Shown: positions 50,707-59,080 of the stretch, in pieces
How the letters are laid out: every line of letters begins with the position of its first letter
Numbering within the stretch: position 1 is the stretch's first letter
NCBI GenBank assembly: GCA_944389235.1
Contig: CALXLO010000005.1
Coordinates: forward strand, 1-59,080
Source: an uncultured Alphaproteobacteria bacterium
GTDB lineage: Bacteria > Pseudomonadota > Alphaproteobacteria > Rs-D84
Direction of reading: 5' to 3'
Length of the DNA stretch: 59,080 bases
Position numbers and translations under genes: made by a program
The notes under the pieces: generated by a model
Databases searched by the model: none
The model's input: only the letters and a program-made list of their open reading frames with translations
What the model was told of the DNA's origin: nothing

Positions 50707-52322
50707 TGGCAGGATTTGACAGAAATTTTACTGATGAATTACGGGCGCGATTATCATTGGTGGATGTTATATCGCGACGCGTACCATTGGTAAAAAAAGG
50801 TCAAAATTATTGGGGATGCTGCCCGTTTCATAATGAAAAAACCCCCAGTTTTTCTGTTAATGAAGACAAAGGTTTTTATCATTGTTTTGGTTGTGGCGAA
50901 CATGGCGATATTATATCTTTTGTCATGAAATCTGAAAATGTTGATTTTCGCACCGCAATAACAGAACTAGCCGCCCAGGCTGGATTAAAACTGCCAGATT
51001 ACAAACCAAAATCACACGAACAAATTGCACGCGAAGAATCTTATTTTGAAATAATGGAAAATGCGGCATCAATATATCAAAAAAGATTATTTGACCCAGA
51101 TGGTGAAATCGCACTGGCTTATATTCGTGGGCGCGGATTTAATAATGATATGATAAAAAAGTATCGCATCGGATACGCACCTAAAAATAATATAATCGCA
51201 AACAAATTTGTAAATATTAAACAAGATAATTTGCTGGCAACTGGATTATGTCGTCGCGGTGATTATGGTATGTATGACTTTTTTCGTGATAAATTAATGT
51301 TTCCAATTTTCAATGCGCATGGAAAAATTGTCGCTTTTTCAGGCCGCAGTTTAGATGGCAGCGAACCCAAATATATAAACACATCAGATACAGAATTATT
51401 CCATAAACGCAAAACTATATTTGGATTTAATTTTGCACGCGATGCAATTCACCGCGCAAATCGCAGCATTGTTGTCGAAGGTCAAATTGATGCAATTCAA
51501 ATGCAATGTAATGGTTTTCCTGAAACAGTTGCACCACTGGGGACTGCATTGACCGAAGACCATATATCTATGTTATGCAAGGCAAATCGCAATATAACAT
51601 TTTGTTTTGACGGTGATGTCGCCGGACAAAAAGCCGCCGCACGCGCATGTGATATTGTTATGCCATTTTTGCGTGATGCGTCTGATGTAAAATTTGCATT
51701 TGTATCTGGGGGCAAAGACCCAGATGAAGTATTAAAAACCGGTGGTCAGCCAGCAATGCAAAAAATTATTAATGATGCAACACCACTGGTTGATTTTTTA
51801 TGGAACTTGGCAAACGCCGGATTTACTGTATCCACACCAAATGGGCGAACCCAAGCAGAAAAATTTATTAAACAAAAAATTGAAAAAATATCTGATGCGA
51901 CTTTGCGCGGCGAATACGAACATGAATACAATTCACGCATGTTTAATCAATGGCATAAATGGACAAAGAATAAAAATAATTTACAAAAAATTGAATTGCC
52001 AGAAATTGATGCCATCACAAAAAACACACTGATATTTATAACAAATAAATATCCAGAAATTGCCGAACGATATGTTGATTTTCTGTCGTCATTAAATATT
52101 TCACTGGATGGCAACGCACCAGAATTACCAATGAATGAACGCGATGCAGAAAAATATATTGTATCATTAAAACTGCAAAAATGGCTGGAAACACTGCATA
52201 TACAGCGCAAAGAATTAACTGCACAAATGTTATCAGGTGTTGATGTTAATGAACAAATATCTGAAATAGATAAAAAAATACATGACGCAAACGAAAAATT
52301 AGAACAATTAATTTCTATATAA
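50706..52322 (+). CDS. dnaG: DNA primase
   Basis: CPFHNEKTPSF, CFGCG, PKYIN, VEG..D, FDGD.AG. Confidence 0.97.
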   Translation: MAGFDRNFTDELRARLSLVDVISRRVPLVKKGQNYWGCCPFHNEKTPSFSVNEDKGFYHCFGCGEHGDIISFVMKSENVDFRTAITELAAQAGLKLPDYKPKSHEQIAREESYFEIMENAASIYQKRLFDPDGEIALAYIRGRGFNNDMIKKYRIGYAPKNNIIANKFVNIKQDNLLATGLCRRGDYGMYDFFRDKLMFPIFNAHGKIVAFSGRSLDGSEPKYINTSDTELFHKRKTIFGFNFARDAIHRANRSIVVEGQIDAIQMQCNGFPETVAPLGTALTEDHISMLCKANRNITFCFDGDVAGQKAAARACDIVMPFLRDASDVKFAFVSGGKDPDEVLKTGGQPAMQKIINDATPLVDFLWNLANAGFTVSTPNGRTQAEKFIKQKIEKISDATLRGEYEHEYNSRMFNQWHKWTKNKNNLQKIELPEIDAITKNTLIFITNKYPEIAERYVDFLSSLNISLDGNAPELPMNERDAEKYIVSLKLQKWLETLHIQRKELTAQMLSGVDVNEQISEIDKKIHDANEKLEQLISI

Positions 52323-52354
52323 AAATACCGGCAAATGCCGGTATTTTTTGTACT

Positions 52355-53440
52355 TTAATTATTAAATAAAAAATGACAAATATCGCCGTCTTGCATAATA
52401 TATTCTTTACCAACAAGACGCATTTTGCCCGCATCGCGCGCAGCAACTTCGCCGCCACAGGTAATAAAATCGTCTGGTGATATAATTTCAGCACGAATAA
52501 ACCCGCGTTCAAAATCAGTATGAATTTTTCCGGCAGCCTGGGGGGCGGTCATGCCGCGTGTTATTGTCCATGCATGCGCTTCTTTGGGACCAATAGTATA
52601 AAAAGTTTGCAATCCCAGTGTTGCATACCCAGTACGAATAATTTGATCCAACCCAGATTCAGATAAACCTAAATCTTCCAGAAACATTTTGCGTTCAGAC
52701 AAATCGACAATCTGGGCAATTTCCATTTCTATTTTTGATGATATAACCAATACTGGTGCAATTGCGCCATATTTATCACGCACTGCATCTGAAAATTTAT
52801 TCCCAGATGCCGCTGATGCTTCATCAACATTGCATACATAAATTACTGGTTTTGCAGTTAACAAATTAAATGGATGTGCATCAATACCAGATTCACGCGC
52901 CGGCGTGCCACGCGCCAATCCATCACGAATTGCGTTTGCATCTGATAATAACTTGATTGCGTTTTTATCCAGACCATGCGCCTTTTTTTCCAGATTTTTT
53001 ATCTGTTTGTCCAGACTTTCTATATCTGCCAACATTAATTCTGTTTCAATAGTATCAATATCTGCCAATGGATCTATTTTTCCATTAACATGCACAATAT
53101 CGTCATTTTCAAAACATCTGACAACATGAATTATCGCATCTGTTGATAAAATATTGCCCAAGAATTTATTTCCTAATCCTTCACCAGTTGATGCGCCACG
53201 AACCAAGCCTGCGATATCAACAATTTCTAGCTGGGTTGGTATAATTTTTTCAGATTTTGCAACATCTGCCAATTTATGTAATGTCGCATCAGGAACAACA
53301 ACACGACCGGTATTAGGCTCAATCGTACAAAATGGATAATTTTGTGCATCAGCCGCCGCACTTTGCGTCAACGCATTAAATAATGTAGATTTACCGACAT
53401 TTGGCAATCCGACAATTCCACAATTGAATCCCATTTTCAA
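52355..53440 (-). CDS. ychF: Redox-regulated ATPase YchF
   Basis: GLPNVGKST, NYPFCTIEPN, DIAGLV, IHTDFERGFIRAE. Confidence 0.97.
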   Translation of the reverse strand: MKMGFNCGIVGLPNVGKSTLFNALTQSAAADAQNYPFCTIEPNTGRVVVPDATLHKLADVAKSEKIIPTQLEIVDIAGLVRGASTGEGLGNKFLGNILSTDAIIHVVRCFENDDIVHVNGKIDPLADIDTIETELMLADIESLDKQIKNLEKKAHGLDKNAIKLLSDANAIRDGLARGTPARESGIDAHPFNLLTAKPVIYVCNVDEASAASGNKFSDAVRDKYGAIAPVLVISSKIEMEIAQIVDLSERKMFLEDLGLSESGLDQIIRTGYATLGLQTFYTIGPKEAHAWTITRGMTAPQAAGKIHTDFERGFIRAEIISPDDFITCGGEVAARDAGKMRLVGKEYIMQDGDICHFLFNN

Positions 53441-53461
53441 ATCCTTTATAATGCAGATAAT

Positions 53462-54142
53462 ATGTCATACCTATGGAACAAATTCAATATAAAAACCTTT
53501 GCAGCGGAAACTGTTGTTTTTCGTGATGGTGTATTTTGCCCAGATTTATCAACATTAAAAAATACAGATATTGACAAGAAATACGATTTGCCTGTTCATG
53601 TTATATATGTTGGCGAAATTGCCGGTAAATGCCGGCTGGAAATTAATATCGGCGCAGAAAATCAGCCAGTATTTTTGTCTGTAAATATAAAAAATAAAAT
53701 GCCGGCTTTTTTGAATATTTTTATCAAAAATGCCGGGAAAAATTCTGAATGTCGCGGTCATGTTTTTATTGAAAATATGTCCACAATAAATTATGAATGT
53801 TTGGCACATCATTATGTGTCCGATACTGGAATTTTAATAAACACAAAATTATTGGCACACAGAAATACAAAATCTAAATTATCTGGTACCGCAATCATAG
53901 AACCAAATTGTGAACACACTGTATCGGATATTGGATTTTCTGCAATGGCAGATGATGGCGCAAGAATTGAATTTTTACCATGCCAAAAAATTGCATCTGT
54001 TCCAGATTCTGCCCAACATAGTGCCACAATATATCACGCAACAGAACCGCAAATAGAATACTTGCGACAAGCTGGTTTATCTGGTGCCGAAGTTGATGCC
54101 GCTATGCGTGAAGCATTTATGAATGATTTTTCGCTGTTTTAA
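53462..54142 (+). CDS. SufB/SufD-family beta-helix protein (short, orphan)
   Basis: C-terminal HSATI..EPQIEYLRQAGLS resembles the SufB/D C-terminus. Confidence 0.6.
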   Translation: MSYLWNKFNIKTFAAETVVFRDGVFCPDLSTLKNTDIDKKYDLPVHVIYVGEIAGKCRLEINIGAENQPVFLSVNIKNKMPAFLNIFIKNAGKNSECRGHVFIENMSTINYECLAHHYVSDTGILINTKLLAHRNTKSKLSGTAIIEPNCEHTVSDIGFSAMADDGARIEFLPCQKIASVPDSAQHSATIYHATEPQIEYLRQAGLSGAEVDAAMREAFMNDFSLF

Positions 54143-54189
54143 TAAAAATCCCGGTAAAAACCGGGATAAAATAATACGCAAATATGCAA

Positions 54190-54324
54190 TTATTTTTTTC
54201 TAAACCCCTGCTTTGCCTTTAATTTAGGATTTGCTGGGTCAATTAAAATAACCTGTTTACCACGACGAATTTGTTTAACATTGCCGCGTTTTTTCCAAGC
54301 CTTTAATGAACTTAAAAACTTCAT
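54190..54324 (-). CDS. rpmJ: 50S ribosomal protein L36 (type B, Cys-free)
   Basis: MKFLSSLKAWKKRGNVKQIRRGKQVILIDPANPKLKAKQG; below the ORF-track length cutoff. Confidence 0.88.
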   Translation of the reverse strand: MKFLSSLKAWKKRGNVKQIRRGKQVILIDPANPKLKAKQGFRKK

Positions 54325-54339
54325 GTTCGTATCCTTTGT

Positions 54340-54610
54340 TGTGTGGTCATTATAAACAGTTTTTATAAAAAATCAAATATTATATTAATTATTTGTTGTT
54401 TTTATTGGGCCTGTTAGTTTTGTTGAAAATTGTTTTTAGTTTTTTATTAACAAGTTTTCAACAATTTTTTGCCAGATTTCTGGCGATTTTTGTTATGTTG
54501 TTGAAAACATCGGTTTAATAATTAACTGTTAAAAACATGATTAGTTATCAACAATTTTAACAAAATTTTTATGTTGTTTTTTATACTTGTTGAAAACTGT
54601 TGAAATTGTT
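54340..54610. other. Candidate replication origin: AT-rich spacer with clustered DnaA-box-like TTWTCAACA motifs
   Basis: Motifs at 54421, 54455, 54499, 54545, 54588 plus near matches at 54444, 54527, 54598, in both orientations. Confidence 0.55.
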
Positions 54611-54643
54611 ATAATTTTAGCATCAGGGGGGATTTTATCCAAA

Positions 54644-54940
54644 ATGCGACAGCAAGTACTGAAAGCATTAGCAAATCCGGCGCGTATATTTTATGTGCCT
54701 TATACATTGGCTGTGATTAATTTCGCAGTTCAATTTATTGTATTTATAATAGTGTTTATTGCTGGATTAATTGCGTATGGGGCTGAATCTTGGGTAAATC
54801 CGCTGTATTTTCTGATATCTGTTTGCCTGGTGCATATAATATTGGCGGCGTTTTCAAAGCGTGAACCACAACTGGGGCAGATTATTTCAGCAAAATTACA
54901 GTTGTTTAAGAAAAAAATACCAGGACGGTTGGCGGCATAG
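54644..54940 (+). CDS. VirB3-like type IV secretion membrane protein
   Basis: VLKALANPARIFYVP motif, two TM helices, directly upstream of the VirB4-like gene. Confidence 0.75.
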   Translation: MRQQVLKALANPARIFYVPYTLAVINFAVQFIVFIIVFIAGLIAYGAESWVNPLYFLISVCLVHIILAAFSKREPQLGQIISAKLQLFKKKIPGRLAA

Positions 54941-54943
54941 AAT

Positions 54944-57358
54944 ATGAATGAATTTTTTGACAGTTTCGCAGGCGGTGTATTTCCTATTACAGCCACAATT
55001 TTGATTATGGCTGTGGTGTTTGTGTTTATTATACTGTTAATCTACATCCCGGCATTAACGCGCAAGATTTTCCCGAAATTTGGATATACACGCTATTCTG
55101 CATATCTGCCGTTCAAGACAGTGTATAATGATAATTCGTTGACATTGACAAATGGTGCTATATTGCGTGTATACCGTGTCGCAGGTGTTCAAACCAGTAT
55201 GCAAGATGCGCAAACGCGTGAAAAATTCTTGGGCCTGCGCGCCCAGTTATTTAATCAGATTCGCGACCCAAATGTCGTACTGCGTTTTTATATGATTCGC
55301 GATGCAGTTGATGAAAATACAGACTATGAATTTGATCAACCTGTATTGCAAAAAATATATAATAAATGGAAATCCCAAGGATTGCGGATTTTTACAAATA
55401 ATTATTATATTGCGCTGTCTGTTGGCGGGACAAACGCACGCGAAAAATTAAACCAATACAGCAGTTATATAGAATCTGTCTTGGCGGCATATAAACCAAC
55501 AGTTTTGCGTAATGATTCACCAGATAATATGGCGCGATTCTTTGGTCGTATATTATCGCCAATTACAAAACCATCGCCAATTGTGTGTGATAATCGTATT
55601 GGTGATATTGCAACTGTTGATGATGTTGATTTTTTGCCAGATGGCACTGTGCGTTATGTTGGGGCAGGGCGGCAAACTTTTGCGGCAATGGTGTCATTCA
55701 AAACATCGCCAGATTATCTGGATGAAGATTTCTTTAATTCTATATCAACCATACAAACAGAAATGATTTGTATGAACGGTTTTAGTATAATGGATGCGTC
55801 CGGCATAGAAAGTGTTTTACGGCAACGACGCGCCACAGCCGATGAAAAAAACAAGTCTTCGACAGAACAAATTTCTGCGGCAGAATCTGCGATGGATGAA
55901 AATATTTCCGGAAATCAGAATCTGGTTGGATATTATCCGTTGTTTATAATATTTGGTGCAACACCTGATGCATTGAAAAAATACATAGATGATTTTAACA
56001 AGATTGCTGCATCGTTTGGGGTTTCACCAATTACAGAAAGTTTTGCAGCCAAGGTTTCTTGGTTTGCACAAATTCCGGGTTTTGATACATTTCCACGCAG
56101 TTTCAAAATGTTGTCAAAAACTGCTGCAATCAGTGTGCCTATGTCCAGTACTTCGCGTGGTGTTTCAAACAGTGATTGGGGACCTGGACCATTGGTTGTA
56201 TTTCCAACTGCCCAGGGGACACCGTATCAATTCCAATTCCATGTATCTGACCAACCGGCGGCTGTGGCACATACTTTGACAATTGGACCAACAGGTGGTG
56301 GTAAAACAACATTGTTTAGTTTCTTGATTTCGCAATCATTGCGACACCCGAAATTAAAAGCTTTCTTTTTTGACCGTAATAAAGGCGCGGAAATCTTTAC
56401 ATTGGCGGTCGGTGGAAAATATGTTGTTATGCAAGGCAAAGAAAAAGATGAATCTGCTTTGACATTTCAAACACACTTAAATCCGTTAAAAATGCCAGAT
56501 ACTGCATCTAATCGGGCGTTTTTACGGCGTTGGTTTGCAATGATTACAGGACAATCTGACCCGTTATCAAGTGATGAAATTGCGCGTGCGGTTTCTGTTA
56601 ACTTTGATTACTTGCAGGAAAATGACAGATTGTTGAAAAATTTATGGGAAAGTTGTTTTTCATCATCTGGTAATATGCGGCCGGCATTGAAAAAATGGGT
56701 AGACCCATTGCAATATGGTGATATATTTAATGAAGATTCTGATACATTGGATTTGAACGCCAGGTTAACAACTTTTGATTTTACCGAAATTTTACAAGAT
56801 GAAGTTTTGGCACCGGCGGTTATATCATATATATTACACAGAATAAATAATATAACTGTATCTGGTGGAAACCCGTCTTTAATCATGATTGATGAAACTG
56901 CGCCGATGCTGGAAAATAAAATGTTTCGTGAAAACTTTATTACCGGACTGCAAGAAGGGCGCAAAAATCGCCAGGCATATATGGTCGCGTTCCAGCGCGC
57001 AAATGTTCTGGATAAATTGGGAATTGGTGATGTTGTTCGGGGGCAAGCACAAACTGTGCTGTTTTTCCGTAATCCAGCCGCCGATGCGTCTGATTATGCG
57101 TATTGGAATTTGAATCCATTGGAAATGGCATTTATCCAAGGCAAAGCATATCCAAATTTGAAACGCGCTGTATTGCTGTCGCGGCCGGTTACAGGCGAAT
57201 CTGTTATATTAAATACAGAACTTGGCGGATTGGGTAATTTATTGCGATTGTTTGAATCTGGGCGGTCGTCTGTTTTATTGGCCGAAGAATTATATAAACA
57301 ATTTGGAAATAATTTTGTTGCAGAATACCTGAAAAAACAGGGCGCAGGTGATGTGTAA
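54944..57358 (+). CDS. virB4: VirB4-family type IV secretion ATPase
   Basis: HTLTIGPTGGGKT, FFFDRNKG, LNPL, IMIDE, GRK.; ~800 aa. Confidence 0.88.
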   Translation: MNEFFDSFAGGVFPITATILIMAVVFVFIILLIYIPALTRKIFPKFGYTRYSAYLPFKTVYNDNSLTLTNGAILRVYRVAGVQTSMQDAQTREKFLGLRAQLFNQIRDPNVVLRFYMIRDAVDENTDYEFDQPVLQKIYNKWKSQGLRIFTNNYYIALSVGGTNAREKLNQYSSYIESVLAAYKPTVLRNDSPDNMARFFGRILSPITKPSPIVCDNRIGDIATVDDVDFLPDGTVRYVGAGRQTFAAMVSFKTSPDYLDEDFFNSISTIQTEMICMNGFSIMDASGIESVLRQRRATADEKNKSSTEQISAAESAMDENISGNQNLVGYYPLFIIFGATPDALKKYIDDFNKIAASFGVSPITESFAAKVSWFAQIPGFDTFPRSFKMLSKTAAISVPMSSTSRGVSNSDWGPGPLVVFPTAQGTPYQFQFHVSDQPAAVAHTLTIGPTGGGKTTLFSFLISQSLRHPKLKAFFFDRNKGAEIFTLAVGGKYVVMQGKEKDESALTFQTHLNPLKMPDTASNRAFLRRWFAMITGQSDPLSSDEIARAVSVNFDYLQENDRLLKNLWESCFSSSGNMRPALKKWVDPLQYGDIFNEDSDTLDLNARLTTFDFTEILQDEVLAPAVISYILHRINNITVSGGNPSLIMIDETAPMLENKMFRENFITGLQEGRKNRQAYMVAFQRANVLDKLGIGDVVRGQAQTVLFFRNPAADASDYAYWNLNPLEMAFIQGKAYPNLKRAVLLSRPVTGESVILNTELGGLGNLLRLFESGRSSVLLAEELYKQFGNNFVAEYLKKQGAGDV

Positions 57359-57372
57359 AAATAATATATAAA

Positions 57373-57990
57373 ATGCGTATAGGGCAACTGGCTATAATAT
57401 TTGGAATGTTTTTTTCTGCTGCTGCGATGGCAGATGATTGTTTGTCGTATAAAATTACCCCAAATGTTGATTTAACTGTACCGCAATGGACAAAACAAGT
57501 TGTGCAACCATTACAAGAAATGGATTTTTTACATGGTAATGTTGTTGCAACAATGGTTGATAATTATGATATTGTTGCAGATATTACAAATATAGAAGAT
57601 GGATATTGTGTTGCACTGAAATCTGTTAATGCGATGGTTGGATACAGTGATTTCTTGGTCCAGATTGATATTCGCCATGCGCCGGATACATGTTCATACA
57701 ACGCGATTTTGGCACACGAGGACGAGCATATACGCGCATATCTGTCGGTGATGGATGATAACCGTAAAAATTTGCAAAGTGCGATATATAATGCTGCAAA
57801 TTCAATTACACCAATTTTTGTTTATAATCAATCTGATATAGATGCCGCAATTAATGAATTAAATGCTGAATTACAGGCGCATCCAGATTTAATTTTAGCA
57901 AAACAAAAAATCAAAGCTGCCGAAGAAATCCGTAATAAACGCGTTGACCAACATGATACAGGCGAAAGTTTACGCAAATGCTTTGAATAA
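57373..57990 (+). CDS. Secreted protein with HExxH motif (possible zinc metalloprotease)
   Basis: Signal peptide ..AAAMA; ILAHEDEH. Confidence 0.65.
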   Translation: MRIGQLAIIFGMFFSAAAMADDCLSYKITPNVDLTVPQWTKQVVQPLQEMDFLHGNVVATMVDNYDIVADITNIEDGYCVALKSVNAMVGYSDFLVQIDIRHAPDTCSYNAILAHEDEHIRAYLSVMDDNRKNLQSAIYNAANSITPIFVYNQSDIDAAINELNAELQAHPDLILAKQKIKAAEEIRNKRVDQHDTGESLRKCFE

Positions 57991-57996
57991 AATTAT

Positions 57997-58329
57997 TTAT
58001 TCACGCGTATATGTAAATGTTATGTCGCCGTCGCGCAAAACTAATGTATTTGATGTTAATTGTTCAATTTCATATACATCGGTAAATTCAATTATTTGAC
58101 CGTTACCAATACTGCGCCCAGTCATAATTAAATTATCACCATCGCGCCGCCAAGTATCATACGCCAATGTTGCCATGTTTACAGATGATGCTGTGCCGTC
58201 GGTGTTTAATACAAAACCCTGGGTCATATTTTCCATGCCAGGCACCGGCTGAACCCAAGTACCATATATGGTCGCATCACCGCACGCCGCTAAAAATAAA
58301 ATACAAAATAATGAAAATATCTTTTTCAT
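57997..58329 (-). CDS. Lipocalin-like lipoprotein
   Basis: Lipobox LAAC; GTWVQPVPG, DGTASSVNMATL.Y..W. Confidence 0.8.
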   Translation of the reverse strand: MKKIFSLFCILFLAACGDATIYGTWVQPVPGMENMTQGFVLNTDGTASSVNMATLAYDTWRRDGDNLIMTGRSIGNGQIIEFTDVYEIEQLTSNTLVLRDGDITFTYTRE

Positions 58330-58482
58330 GCCTTATATTATATCAATAATTTTAATATTGTTAAATCATTATTTATATTTTTTTGCAAATACATTAAAAT
58401 GCGTATAAATCATCTTTTGATAATTAATTTTTTATAATGTATTAATTTAATTAAAAAAAGCCCAGAAATCTGTGCGGAATTT

Positions 58483-58634
58483 TGGTTGCCGGGTATGGAT
58501 TTACTTCGCTGCACTGAAACATTTGCTTGTGCAAACGGGCGTACTGCTGTCCGCCTGGTTTCTGCGGTTCAAATCCAATACAATACGCATAAAATAAAAA
58601 AACATACCACAAAGGGTATGTTTTTCATTTTAAC
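58483..58634 (-). repeat. tRNA-fMet 3'-linked structured repeat unit
   Basis: Terminator hairpin, inverted T-arm copy (58561-58577), hairpins, then a degenerate second tRNA 3' end (58483-58502). Confidence 0.7.
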
Positions 58635-58674
58635 TGGTTGCGGAGTGTGGATTTGAACCACAGACCTTCAGTTA
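58635..58674 (-). pseudogene. 3' fragment of initiator tRNA-Met (att site)
   Basis: ..AAGGTCTGTGGTTCAAATCCACACTCCGCAACCA; T-arm and acceptor 3' strand present, 5' half absent. Confidence 0.75.
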
Positions 58675-59080
58675 ACGGGTCAAGTGTTTAATAGTGTTTA
58701 ATATTGTTTAATTTTTCTTGATTTTCTGCGTGCTGTGTCACATAATAACTTTAACAAGATTTAATAAAAATTGGTAGCAAAATGTGAAAATTTGTGATAT
58801 CAGTAGCAAATAGGTAGCAAAACAAAAAAGATAACGGGTCAAATTTACAGGGGTAAAAAATGACAGATACGACACTGAAACTGTTCCAAGATACGAATAT
58901 CAGAACCCAATGGGATGCGGATGCTGAAAAGTGGTATTTTTCCATTGTTGATGTTATTGCGGCATTAACCGGCACAGACAACCCAAGACGTTATTGGTCT
59001 GATTTAAAACGCAAGTTAACTCAGGAAGGTAGTGAGTTGTACGAAAAAATCGTACAACTGAAATTACAATCGTCCGATGG
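58675..59080. mobile_element. Edge of tRNA-integrated element (continues beyond window)
   Basis: Abuts the tRNA fragment; RGTAGCAAA x3 (58773, 58802, 58813) resemble integrase arm sites; Bro-N gene follows. Confidence 0.55.
58860..59080 (+). CDS. Bro-N domain protein (truncated by window end)
   Basis: LFQDTNIRTQWD..EKWYFSIVDVIAALT..PRRYWSDLKRKL..QLKL.SSDG. Confidence 0.85.
   Translation, partial: MTDTTLKLFQDTNIRTQWDADAEKWYFSIVDVIAALTGTDNPRRYWSDLKRKLTQEGSELYEKIVQLKLQSSD

Noticed and set aside
58635-58710. Complete tRNA on - strand
   Set aside because: No D-arm or 5' acceptor strand upstream of the fragment

Overview
Core-chromosome window (~40% GC by eye) from a compact alphaproteobacterial genome. 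Gene content suggests a small-genome, host-associated lineage, possibly Rs-D84/'Ca. Enterousia'-like (inference). Coding content is mostly housekeeping: MacAB-TolC-type exporter, recF, infC, accBC, mreB/mreCD-pbp2-rodA, rsmG-parAB, mutS, truB-rpsO-pnp, metG, fabDG, mnmG, ileS, pheST, rpmI-rplT, topA, dnaG and ychF. It also carries four tRNAs, scattered VirB2/VirB3/VirB4-like genes, a probable oriC near 54.5 kb, and the edge of a tRNA-fMet-integrated element at the right end. The main non-coding discovery is a family of phage P1 C4-like antisense-RNA switch modules sitting in the chromosome without prophage genes. Three are complete (~444-620 +, ~26805-26980 -, ~34367-34590 -) and one is cut by the window start. 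Each has a different, fully covarying a/b recognition code and overlaps a terminator; they gate either a conserved 54-aa orphan ORF (3 copies) or an outer-membrane beta-barrel gene. Other notable items are an Ile-rich leader-peptide attenuator before ileS, tandem degenerate tRNA-Val copies, tRNA 3'-linked structured repeats, a 24-bp inverted repeat bracketing the pilin start codon, and a MetRS with a PheT-like C-terminal domain. All structure calls are by-eye base pairing; no folding or database searches were run.
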